Source of the DNA: an uncultured delta proteobacterium
Lineage (GTDB): Bacteria; Myxococcota_A; Polyangia; Palsa-1104
Assembly (NCBI GenBank): GCA_963785725.1
Contig: CAWAWS010000007.1
Location: forward strand, 512,001-576,000
Length of the DNA stretch: 64,000 bases
Direction of reading: 5' to 3'
A program made the position numbers and the translations under genes. Of the stretch, positions 20,249-30,593 are shown piece after piece. Under the pieces are notes generated by a model that saw nothing but the letters and a program-made list of their open reading frames with translations, was not told the DNA's origin and did no database searches. Every line of letters starts with the position of its first letter. The first letter of the stretch is position 1.

Positions 20249-20701
20249 TCAGATGAAGCGGCTGAGCCAGAGATCGACCGCCTCTTTCGGCATTGCGCCC
20301 ACTTGCTGGTCGACCTCGAGCGGACCGCGAAACAGCTTCAACGCCGGTATCGACTGAATTCGATATCGTCCCGCGATCTTCTGGTTCTCGTCGACGTTTA
20401 CTTTGACGATCTTGAGCTTGCCGCCCCGTTCGCGCGCCACCGCTTCCAACACCGGCCCCACCGCGCGACACGGTCCGCACCACGGCGCCCAAAAATCGAC
20501 GAGCACCGGAATCGGCGACTGCTCGACGACATCGCGCCAAGTCGCGTCGGTGCCGACGACGGGAGCGCGCGGAAAAACCTTCTGTTTACAGCGGCCACAC
20601 GTCGGATCGTCGAGCCGCCGCACAAATGGAAAGCGATTGAGTGACCCGCATTGAGCACACGCAACCTGCACTTTGTCTTCGTTGTTAGTCGCTGTTTCCA
20701 C
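20249..20701 (-). CDS. trxC: Thioredoxin 2 with N-terminal zinc finger
   Basis: CAQC and CGRC, then VDFWAPWCGPC; start inferred. Confidence 0.85.
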   Translation of the reverse strand: METATNNEDKVQVACAQCGSLNRFPFVRRLDDPTCGRCKQKVFPRAPVVGTDATWRDVVEQSPIPVLVDFWAPWCGPCRAVGPVLEAVARERGGKLKIVKVNVDENQKIAGRYRIQSIPALKLFRGPLEVDQQVGAMPKEAVDLWLSRFI

Positions 20702-20777
20702 GGCGCTAAAATAAGTCTTCACGCGCGCTTCGCAAGAGCCCGTTGCCGACGCCAGGGCGCGGGCGTATTGTTGAATC

Positions 20778-21407
20778 ATGCCGTACCGTGGCGAGACCGA
20801 GCCGCGGATCGCTTGTACCGCGCACAATTCGGCGGAGGCGGCGTCGAGCTGCACTCGCTGTCATGTGGCTCTCTGCGATCCTTGCACGCTGTACTTCTCG
20901 GCGGATCCTTACTGTCGCCGCTGTGTGGCCGGAGCACGGCGCGCATGGGTGGCACGAATCGCCGGTGGCGTCACAGCCGTCTTATTGACGCTGGCCATCG
21001 GCTCGGGCGTGATGCTGGCGGCGATTCCGTCGCATTCGCGCATCGCGGCAAATCCGGTGACGCTCGTGAGCCGGCCGTATCCCGAGAATTGCGCGCCCGC
21101 CGATCGTTGGCTCGCGGCCGCTAAGCGTGATGTGACCTTCAGTCGCTATCACACGGCGCTGAATCATTTGTCGTTGTCGCAGCGCGATTGCGAGCCTAGC
21201 CCGCAGCGCGATGAGTTGTACGCGCTCGCTTACGATGGCGCGGGCGATCGGCTGTCGGCGATCGCGGCCGCGTCGCGATGGGTCGATTCCAGCCACGGCG
21301 GTCGCGACGCGTGTACGCTGTTCGCGACGCTGCTGGAGGTCAACGCCGGCGGCGCGAACGCCGGGCAGGACGCGCGCTGCTTGGACGCGCTCAGCGTCCA
21401 ACCGTAA
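20778..21407 (+). CDS. Hypothetical: B-box-like Cys/His domain, TM helix, TPR-like region
   Basis: CTAH..CTRC..LCDPC..YCRRC then hydrophobic helix. Confidence 0.6.
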   Translation: MPYRGETEPRIACTAHNSAEAASSCTRCHVALCDPCTLYFSADPYCRRCVAGARRAWVARIAGGVTAVLLTLAIGSGVMLAAIPSHSRIAANPVTLVSRPYPENCAPADRWLAAAKRDVTFSRYHTALNHLSLSQRDCEPSPQRDELYALAYDGAGDRLSAIAAASRWVDSSHGGRDACTLFATLLEVNAGGANAGQDARCLDALSVQP

Positions 21408-21706
21408 GCGCGCCGCGGCGTTCGCGCGCAGTAGTTCCTTAAGGGCTTCAATCACCCGCAATCACCTTCATTGAATGGCGCAGTGTTTAGCGGTCTCGAT
21501 GCGCGCGGCCGCAAATCCGCTACGCCATTCGTCGCCATATCCTCAACAGATAATCGGCGACAGACTTAAGGTCTGGCGAATTTATGCGGCTTATTGCCAC
21601 GAGCGCGCCGCGACGTCGGGCCCGACACGACCGTCGCGCCTGCTCGGCGCGTCGCCGCGAACGGCACGAGCCGAGGCGCGCCTGCTTCGTTGCGGCCTGA
21701 CGATGG

Positions 21707-22642
21707 CTACGCGACGAAGGCCGCGTCCGAGGCCGACTGCGGAATTGCCAGCGCTTCGTCGTAGCCCGGCGTGACCACTCGCGCCGACGGCGCGTGCAGG
21801 CGCGCCTCGGCGACGAATCCGTCGAGATCGATCCCCGGCAAGAGGTGCACACCGCCCTCGAGCGGCGCGAAGAACGCGTCATGATGCGTTGGCACAATTA
21901 ACTGCGGGCGCAGCGCGCCGCACAGTCGCGCCAAGTAGTCGCGCGTCGCGCGCCGGCCGGCCAGACCGACGAGCAGCACGTCGGCGCGGGCGCCCGCGAG
22001 CGCGGCATCGATGAGGTCCGCGGAGCCGTTGTGATAGAGGCGCAGGCCGTTCGCTTCGACGAGGATGCCATAGGCGCCGCCCATGCGATAGCGCCACGCC
22101 GGCGCCGGCAGCGACGGCGGCGTGGTCACCTCGCCCGGAAACGGCACGCGATGCAGCACGACGCGACCGTGAAGGCTGGGCACGAAGCGCACGGTCGCCG
22201 CGCCAATCGCGAGGCTGCCGCCGTCGCCGCCGATCTCCCGCAGCTGCATCGCCGGCACGCCGGCGGCGCGCGCGAAGGCGCAGCTGCTGCGGCTGCCGAC
22301 GAAGAGCGCGCCCGTGGCCAGCGCGATCGCCGGCGCGTCGAGCAGGTGATCGAAGTGGCTGTGGCCGCACAGCACGGCGTCGACGCGAGGCGGCAGGTGC
22401 GCGCGAATCGCCGTCGCGTCCGGCTGCAGCGGCCGCAGCAGCTGCATCGCCGACGGCCGCGTCAGAAACGGGTCGATGAGCAGCGTCGTGCCGCCCACCT
22501 CGATGACATGGCCGGCCGTCCCCAACCAGCGCACGCGCATCGCCTCGTCGCCGCTGGCGCGCGTCGTCGGACGAAGCTCCGCGCGCGGCTTCCAACGCGG
22601 GAAGAGCCGGCGATAAAGCCAGCCGTTATGGTGCGATCGCAT
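21707..22642 (-). CDS. MBL-fold metallo-hydrolase (UlaG/UPF0173-like)
   Basis: WLGTAG, LIDPF, GHSHFDH, IVPTHHD. Confidence 0.85.
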   Translation of the reverse strand: MRSHHNGWLYRRLFPRWKPRAELRPTTRASGDEAMRVRWLGTAGHVIEVGGTTLLIDPFLTRPSAMQLLRPLQPDATAIRAHLPPRVDAVLCGHSHFDHLLDAPAIALATGALFVGSRSSCAFARAAGVPAMQLREIGGDGGSLAIGAATVRFVPSLHGRVVLHRVPFPGEVTTPPSLPAPAWRYRMGGAYGILVEANGLRLYHNGSADLIDAALAGARADVLLVGLAGRRATRDYLARLCGALRPQLIVPTHHDAFFAPLEGGVHLLPGIDLDGFVAEARLHAPSARVVTPGYDEALAIPQSASDAAFVA

Positions 22643-22723
22643 TAGACGCCCATGCTAACGCAACCGAACCCGAGCATCGCCACCTCCTGACGCAGACGCA
22701 CGACGCGCTCGTGAAGAGCGTCA

Positions 22724-22781
22724 TTTTGCAATTGCACCACGTATTTGTGCGTTTGCATAATGGTGTGGTGCGAATGCACAA
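22724..22781. repeat. 3 x 21-bp intergenic palindrome array
   Basis: 22724, 22745, 22766; another copy at 22629 spans the MBL gene start. Confidence 0.9.
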
Positions 22782-22836
22782 TAAGATTGGGGAAGCTGGC
22801 GGCCCGCCTAACGGTGGCACCGCGAGATCGAACGCG

Positions 22837-23499
22837 TTAGAAGCGGAAGCCGATCGTGGCGAGCAGGTCGAGGTCGACGGCGTCGAACTTCGGCGTCAGC
22901 AGCACCAGGTTGGCCTCGGTGATCGACAGATCGTGCGACGGTGCGATCGGGAAGCCGGCATAGAGGCCGACCATGATGTGGCGGTGGATGTTGAAGTTGA
23001 CGCCGAAGCCGGGCTCGAAGGTGAACGCCGTCGAGCTGCGCGTCGTGCTGGCGGTGAAGCCGGCGGCGCTGCCGCTGTATTCGGCGGTGATGTAGTCGAC
23101 GCCGAGCGCCAAGCGCACGTAGAACGAGCCGATGCCGAAGGGCACGATGAAGCGGCCGCCGGCCAGCGCGCGGATGCGGTTGGCTTTGACGTCGATGTGG
23201 TTGTCGGCGTAGGTGCCGTCGTCGCTGTTGACGGGGATGTAGTCGAACTGCAGCTCGGGCGCGATGCCCAAATTGTGCGCGAGGTAGATGATGACGCCGG
23301 CGCGCAGCGAGAGCTTGAACGACGCATCGGCGAACTTGTTGTAGTTGCTGTCGGCGATCGGAATGGCGACGCCGCTGGCGAACTCGAGCATGAAGGCCGT
23401 GCGCGGCGGCGCTTCGTAGGCCTGCGTTGTGCGAGCGCACAATAAAGCGGAAGTGGCGAAGATCAAGGCGAGCAACGTCTTGTTCAGTCTCATCGTCAT
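22837..23499 (-). CDS. Outer-membrane beta-barrel protein
   Basis: Signal peptide, alternating beta-strands, terminal Phe (IGFRF). Confidence 0.75.
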   Translation of the reverse strand: MTMRLNKTLLALIFATSALLCARTTQAYEAPPRTAFMLEFASGVAIPIADSNYNKFADASFKLSLRAGVIIYLAHNLGIAPELQFDYIPVNSDDGTYADNHIDVKANRIRALAGGRFIVPFGIGSFYVRLALGVDYITAEYSGSAAGFTASTTRSSTAFTFEPGFGVNFNIHRHIMVGLYAGFPIAPSHDLSITEANLVLLTPKFDAVDLDLLATIGFRF

Positions 23500-23731
23500 G
23501 AGGGCCCCATTGGGTCGATTCGTTACGTGGATGGTTTACTTGGGGACAGCGGCGAACGGCTTTTACCGACGACCTCGGCGGTCGCCAAACCGTAGACCAC
23601 CTCGGTGTAGCCGTCGGCGAGCTCGACTGCGCGGGCGGCGCCGTTGGCCGAAAGCTCGATGCGCGGCATGGCGCACGAATCATGGGCACGCCGGCCGCGG
23701 AATTACAAGCTCCGGGACGGTAACTTCGTCG

Positions 23732-23768
23732 TAGTGCAACTGCACAATGACGTGATGCGTTTGCATCA
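23732..23768. repeat. Pair of 16-bp palindromes (21-bp period)
   Basis: TAGTGCAACTGCACAA and TGATGCGTTTGCATCA. Confidence 0.8.
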
Positions 23769-24042
23769 TTTTCGCGCGCAAACGCGAGCCGCTCAGCGCG
23801 TGCGCGGCCGGCTCGCGCGCGCCGCCGGTGGCACGACGCCGATTCGGTGTGCGACGCCGGCTCGTCTCACTGCAATTCGTGGCCGAGGCAAGCTCGCCGA
23901 GACATACAGCATTCGCGAATCAATGTTGATCAACCCGTCGAACGAAGCTGCGCTGGCCGGATGGAGGATCATCGGCATTTGCGTGCGTGCAGTGAACGCG
24001 AGTCGATGCGCGGTGATTCGTCGTGCCTGACGTCGGGCGCGG

Positions 24043-25242
24043 CTAAGTGCCGGGCGCGTAAATCGCGATCTCGCTGTTGCCGGCGCCCGTGAAGGCGCCG
24101 TCGGCGTCGACGACGCGCAGCCGCAAGAGCTCGGCGACGATCGAGAGCGGTATGATCTGATACTGGGTCGCGGCCACCGTCGTGACCGGCGTCCACGTCA
24201 TCAGGTCATTCGAGCTTTCGATCGCGATCTTCTGCGTCGCCCCCGATATCGTCACGTCATAGAGAACCAGCATCGCCATGGGATGCTGGAAGCCGATATC
24301 GATCGCGATCCAATTGTTCTGCGTCGGCGGCGTGCAAGTTTGCCCCGTCGGACAGGCCGGCGCCGCGACCGGCACGAACTTGGTGCCCATATTCCCGTCG
24401 GTGAGCGGACAGGGGCGGGCAATCAGCGCCGGCCCGGTCGCCGTCTGCACATAACAATCGCCGGTACGCGAAAGCGGATTCAAGAAGCGACTGGCATAAG
24501 CCTGCTGCGACGAATACCAGGTGATGCCGAAGGTCGTGCCGGCGCTATTGTCCGTCCGTTGCGCGGTCGCCGACCAGCTGCCGGCGAAATCCTGCGTCGC
24601 GTGGCGATCGACGACGACGTTCGCCGCCGCCTGCGCGTCCTGCAGCCACACCAGATTGCCGAGCGTGTCGCGAATGGTGACGCGATAATCGTCGGCCGCG
24701 GCGCCGCCGATCGTCGACTGCAACGGCGGCCACGTAAAGTGCGGGTCGCCGCTCGCGTCGTCTTCGCTGCCCAACGCCGTCCATTGGCGCAGCGCTGGAA
24801 TCTCTAAATTGGGCGTCTGCACAATGAAGTCGGCGGCCACGGCGCAGTCGCCGACCGCCGGCGCCGGCTGCGCGGCACAGCTGGCGAACATCGTGAACGT
24901 GAGCGCCTCGTCGGTCGATCCTTGCGTGTCCGAGCCCTTGAGCGCGAAGTGATAGCTGCCGTCGCTGGCGGTGGTCGATTGTGCGAACGCGCTGCAGATG
25001 TCGAGCTGGCCGCCGAGGCAGGCCAAGCCGAGGCTGCCGATGGCCTCGAAGATCTGGCCCAGCGCCTCCAGCGGATCGGGATGGCGAATCAGCTTCGCCG
25101 TGACCGGCGGCGACGGCGCCCCGTTTTGCGTTTGCACAACTCCCGTGATGGTGACGCTCGAGCTTGGCTCCAGCTTGCTGTGCGGCCCGAAGCAGCCGGC
25201 GGCGAGCGTCAGTCCCAGCGTAGCCAGGTGGCTGCTGCGCAT
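24043..25242 (-). CDS. Lipoprotein with C-terminal discoidin-like beta-sandwich
   Basis: LAAG-C lipobox; WIAIDIG...IESSNDLMTWT; GGAGG RBS. Confidence 0.7.
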   Translation of the reverse strand: MRSSHLATLGLTLAAGCFGPHSKLEPSSSVTITGVVQTQNGAPSPPVTAKLIRHPDPLEALGQIFEAIGSLGLACLGGQLDICSAFAQSTTASDGSYHFALKGSDTQGSTDEALTFTMFASCAAQPAPAVGDCAVAADFIVQTPNLEIPALRQWTALGSEDDASGDPHFTWPPLQSTIGGAAADDYRVTIRDTLGNLVWLQDAQAAANVVVDRHATQDFAGSWSATAQRTDNSAGTTFGITWYSSQQAYASRFLNPLSRTGDCYVQTATGPALIARPCPLTDGNMGTKFVPVAAPACPTGQTCTPPTQNNWIAIDIGFQHPMAMLVLYDVTISGATQKIAIESSNDLMTWTPVTTVAATQYQIIPLSIVAELLRLRVVDADGAFTGAGNSEIAIYAPGT

Positions 25243-25421
25243 ATGAACCTCCCGCCATAGAATATCATCACCGAGAAGATTGCGGCGCTCCGCCCTGTCG
25301 AGCGCGAATGGCGAGCTGTGCGGCTGAGTCAAAGGTCGCGGCGTCGGCGAAAATGTGCGCGCGCCCGGACTCGCAACGGCCGGGCTTACTTGCATTGCCA
25401 ATCGACGTTACAGTCACGTCA

Positions 25422-25892
25422 ATGGAGAGCGACACCGACCTCACCAAGTTCGATCGCGAATGGCCCGAATTTCTCAGAGAAGTGGGGACCGCGCTGCCCG
25501 GCGTCCAGCTTCTCTTCGGCTTTTTGCTGACCGCACCCTTTAGCGCCAACTTTCCGAAGCTCACGAACGATCTCAAGCACGTCTATTTCATCTGCTTCCT
25601 TTGCACGTCTGCGGCCTGCGCATTCCTCATCGCGCCCAGCGTCTACCATCGCCTGCATTGGCGGCGCGACGTCCGCGACAAAGAGCAGATGATCCGCACG
25701 TGCAATCGACTCGTCATCGCCGGCATCGGCATGCTCGCGGTCGCCATGACCACGGCGATCTACGTCATCGCGTCGGTCATGTCGAGCCACTCGGTCACGC
25801 TGTTGGCGACGGGAATCGCCGGCCTGACGTTCACCGGCCTGTGGTTCGCGCTGCCCTTGCTGCGCCGTCAAAGCGATCTCAAGCAGTCGTGA
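25422..25892 (+). CDS. DUF6328-like membrane protein
   Basis: LREVGTALPGVQLLFGFLL..PF, LIAPSVYHR. Confidence 0.75.
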   Translation: MESDTDLTKFDREWPEFLREVGTALPGVQLLFGFLLTAPFSANFPKLTNDLKHVYFICFLCTSAACAFLIAPSVYHRLHWRRDVRDKEQMIRTCNRLVIAGIGMLAVAMTTAIYVIASVMSSHSVTLLATGIAGLTFTGLWFALPLLRRQSDLKQS

Positions 25893-25962
25893 TGCATCCG
25901 CACATTTAGGTCGACCGATTGCCGTGGTGCGAATGCACAATTAATGTTGTGCATTTGCATCA
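25890..25962. repeat. Three 16-bp palindromes starting at a stop codon
   Basis: 25890, 25925, 25947. Confidence 0.75.
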
Positions 25963-26099
25963 GGAATTGCTTCGCCATGGCGCGGACCGCGCGCCGTCGC
26001 GTCCTGCGAGCCACGCGCGCTCGCGACTGCAGGCGCGCGGCTTCGGCGGTCGCCGTGGCGATGACGTCGCCGGAATCGCGCGCCGCCGCGTGCTGCGAG

Positions 26100-27625
26100 T
26101 TAGGCGCGCACGCGCGACTGCACGCGCGCCGCTTCGGCGGCGGCCGTGGCGATGACCTCGCCGTAGTCGAGCCCCGTCGCCTCCGTCAGCCGGCCGCCGC
26201 GTACGAGGACGCGGCCGTCGACGAGCACGTCGCGCACGTCGCGGCTCTGGCACGCGTAGACCAGCGTCGAGACGGCATCGAACGACGGCGTCGCGTGCGC
26301 GCTGCGCGGGTCGACGACGATGATGTCCGCCCGCCGCCCGACCTCCAGCGCGCCGATCTCGTCCTCGAGGCCGAGCGCCGCCGCGCCGCCGCGCGTCGCC
26401 AGCTCCAACACCGTCGCCGCCGGCATCGCGGTCGCACCCGCGCGCGGCTTGTGCAGCAGCGCCGCCAGCCGCAGCTCGAGGAAGCCGTCGAGATTGTTGT
26501 TGCAAGGCGCGCCGTCGGCTCCGAGCGCGACGTGAATCCCCTGCGCCAGCATCTCGGGAATCGGCGCGATGCCGCTGGCCAGCTTCAAGTTCGACGACGG
26601 GCAGTGCACGACGTGCGTGCCCGCCGTCGCCGAGCAGCGCGCGCTCGGCGTCGGTCGCGTGGACGCAGTGCGCGAGCACCGCGCGCGGCCCGGCCAGCCC
26701 CAGCGACTCGAGGTAGGCGATGTTGTCGTCGCCGCGCTCGGCTCGCACGACGGCGATCTCGGCCTGCTGCTCCGACGCGTGCGTGTGCAGTCGCGCGCCG
26801 GCCGCGCACGCGCGCCGCGACCTCGCGCAGCAGCGCCTCGGTGCACGACAGGACGAAGCGCGGCGCGTACGCCCAGCGCAGCCGTCCGTCGGCCGCGCCG
26901 TGCCAGCGCTCGCGCAGGGCGTCGCTCTCGTCGAGCGAGCTGCGCGTCGTCTCGCGCAGTCGCGCCGGCACGCCGTCGCCGACGTCCATCATCGCCTTGC
27001 CGATCGTCGCGCGCAGCCCGGTCCCAGCGACGGCGTCACACAGCGCGTCGGTCTCGTGCACGGTGGCCATGTCGAGGATCGCCGTCGTGCCGCCGAGCAG
27101 CAGCTCGGCGCAGGCCAGCCGCGCCGCCGCGCGCATCGCCCGCTCGTCGAGCGCCGCTTCGTACGGCCACACGCGCTGCCGCAGCCACTCGAGCAGCGGC
27201 AGATCGTCGGCATGCCCGCGGCACAGCGTCTGGCACAGGTGCGTATGCGCCTGCACCAGCCCCGGCAAAACGATACAGCCGCGCGCGTCTATATATTGTG
27301 CGTCCGCATCACGATCCGTCGCCGCCCCGGCACCCGATTGTGCGTTTGCACCATGGTATTGTGCGTTTGCACCACCCGACGCGCGTTCCGCCCGGCTGAT
27401 TGTGCGTTTGCACCATGGTATTGTGCGTTTGCACCATCGCTCGGCGTCCGCGGCGGGCGATTGTGCATTTGCACCATGGCGTTGTGCAGTTGCATCATGG
27501 GCTGACGCGGCGGCGGGCTCGATGGAGACGATGCGGCCGTCTTCGATGACGACGTCGCCGACCATGACGCGGCGGGCGGCATCCATCGTGACGATGGTGC
27601 CGCCGGCAACGATCACGCGGCTCAT
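26100..27625 (-). CDS. Amidohydrolase, MtaD/5'-deoxyadenosine deaminase-like; frameshifts near 26800 and 26620
   Basis: LPGLVQAHTH, YAPRF, HTHASE, LAHCVH, HCPSSNLKLASG, LGADG spread over three frames. Confidence 0.85.
27296..27497. repeat. Seven 16-bp palindromes in frame inside amidohydrolase
   Basis: 27296, 27338, 27359, 27400, 27421, 27461, 27482; mostly TTGTGCGTTTGCACCA. Confidence 0.92.
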
Positions 27626-28017
27626 GTCAGGTCGTTCTGGCGGAACGCGTGCGGCAAGAGCGCGCCGAGCGTCGTATCGCTGCGTTCGCCGGCGTCATTG
27701 ACGAGCGCGACGGGCAGATCGTCGTCGCCGAACTCGGCCAGCACCTGGCGACACATGCCGCACGGCGCCGCCGGCGGTGACGATGCCGTGATGACGGCGA
27801 CGGCGGCCAGGCGCGTCTCGCCCGCGGCGACGGCGGCGGCGATGGCGCTGCGCTCGGCGCACAAGGCGAGGCCGTAGGACGCGTTCTCGACGTTGGCGCC
27901 GACGAAGACGCGACCGCTGGCGGTGCGAACGGCGGCGCCGACTTTATAGCGCGAGTAGGGTGCGTGGGCGTTTTCGCGGACGCGACGGGCCGCTTCGATG
28001 AGCTCGTTCATAGGCAT
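27622..28017 (-). CDS. cdd: Cytidine deaminase
   Basis: APYSRYKVGAA, NVENASYG, CAERSAI, PCGMCRQ. Confidence 0.95.
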   Translation of the reverse strand: MPMNELIEAARRVRENAHAPYSRYKVGAAVRTASGRVFVGANVENASYGLALCAERSAIAAAVAAGETRLAAVAVITASSPPAAPCGMCRQVLAEFGDDDLPVALVNDAGERSDTTLGALLPHAFRQNDLT

Positions 28018-28194
28018 CGTTCGCGACGCGAAGTCGCGGCAGTAAGAGAGTATGCGCGGCGTTCCGTGGCAGCAAAAGCGTGTGCGCGGCGCTTCCCGGC
28101 GGCAAACGCCCGACCGAACGCCTCGACTACGCCCGGCCTGCGCGCGGAATGAGCGGCCGCGTCGGCTGCGGTCGCGCCCGCCGTGCGCGCCGAC

Positions 28195-28395
28195 GCCGTG
28201 GTCATTCCGCCCGTCGTTGGCGCCAACTCCACCGCCGCCGTCGCCGTGGTCATTCGGCGCGCCGTTGGCGCCAACGCCGCCGCCGTCGCCGCGGTGATTC
28301 CGCCCGCCGTTGGCGCCGACTCCGACGCCGCCGACTCCGCGGTGATTCTGCCCGCCGTTCGCGTCGCCGCCGCCGCGGTCATTCCGCCAGCCGCT
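28195..28395. repeat. Degenerate tandem repeat (units about 36-51 bp) derived from the punA 3' end
   Basis: GYGGT(C/G)ATTC core five times; last copy holds the punA stop. Confidence 0.7.
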
Positions 28396-29227
28396 CGAGA
28401 ATGCGGCCCAGCAGCGCCATGAACTGCCCGCGCACGCGCGTCGCCGTCTCGGTCACCTCGGCATGCGACAGCTTGTGCGGCGTGATCCCCGCCGCCGCGT
28501 TCGTGCAGCACGACAGCCCGAGCACGCGCGCCCCCATGTGCGCCGCCACGATGACTTCCGGCACCGTCGACATGCCGGCCAAATCCGCGCCCAGCGTCCG
28601 CAGCATGCGCACTTCGGCCGGCGTCTCGTACTGCGGTCCCGGCAGCCCGGCGTACACGCCTTCGCGCAGCGTCACGCCGATGTCGCGCCCGGCCGCCGCC
28701 GCCAACGTGCGCAGCGCCGGATCGTAGGCGGTCGTCATGTCGGGAAAGCGCGGCCCCAGCCGCTCGTCGTTGGGCCCGCGCAGCGGCGATCCGCCCATCA
28801 GGTTCAAATGATCGCGAATGATGACGATCTCGCCCGCCGACAGCGTCACGTCGACACCACCGGCCGCATTCGTGATGACGAGCGTCGTACAGCCGGCGCC
28901 GATGAGCACGCGCGCCGGGAACGCCACGCGCGCCAGATCATGCCCTTCGTACGAATGAATCCGCCCTTGCAGCGCCAACACCTCGACGCCGTGACGGCCA
29001 TAGACGACGTTTCCGGCGTGCCCGACGATCGTCGATGGCGGAAAGCCCGGCAGCCGCCCGAACGGCACGACCACCCGGTCGGCCAGGGTATCCGCGAACG
29101 CGCCCAAGCCCGAGCCGAGGATGAGCCCGACCGTCGGCCGCGCCTCCGCCGGCAGCGCCGCGCGCAAGGCCGCGATCGCCGCCGCCAGCTCGCTCGACGC
29201 GGCCTCCGTCGCACCGTCATGGCTCAT
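28379..29227 (-). CDS. punA: Purine-nucleoside phosphorylase (trimeric type)
   Basis: ILGSGLG, GHAG, QGRIHSYEG, TNAAGG, GPQYETPAE, GMSTVPE. Confidence 0.92.
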   Translation of the reverse strand: MSHDGATEAASSELAAAIAALRAALPAEARPTVGLILGSGLGAFADTLADRVVVPFGRLPGFPPSTIVGHAGNVVYGRHGVEVLALQGRIHSYEGHDLARVAFPARVLIGAGCTTLVITNAAGGVDVTLSAGEIVIIRDHLNLMGGSPLRGPNDERLGPRFPDMTTAYDPALRTLAAAAGRDIGVTLREGVYAGLPGPQYETPAEVRMLRTLGADLAGMSTVPEVIVAAHMGARVLGLSCCTNAAAGITPHKLSHAEVTETATRVRGQFMALLGRILERLAE

Positions 29228-29297
29228 CGGACGACCTCGACGACGAGCGGCGAGGGCGGCGTCGGCATCGGCGACAGCTTCGCTGCGGCCCGTGGGC

Positions 29298-30589
<1,292 letters not shown>

Positions 30590-30593
<4 letters not shown>

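Noticed and set aside
27336..27497. CRISPR mini-array (39-bp repeats, 22-23-bp spacers)
   Set aside because: Repeat is a doublet of the dispersed palindrome, lies in frame in a gene, spacers are too short, and there is no leader or cas gene
2707..27497. Palindrome as canonical parS or NtrC enhancer
   Set aside because: Does not match TGTTTCACGTGAAACA. Junctions give TGCAC-N9-GTGC rather than NtrC TGCAC-N7-GTGCA, and many copies are intragenic
2707..27497. Palindrome as MITE, IS end or REP element
   Set aside because: No transposase, target duplications or constant element length; some copies arise through synonymous codons
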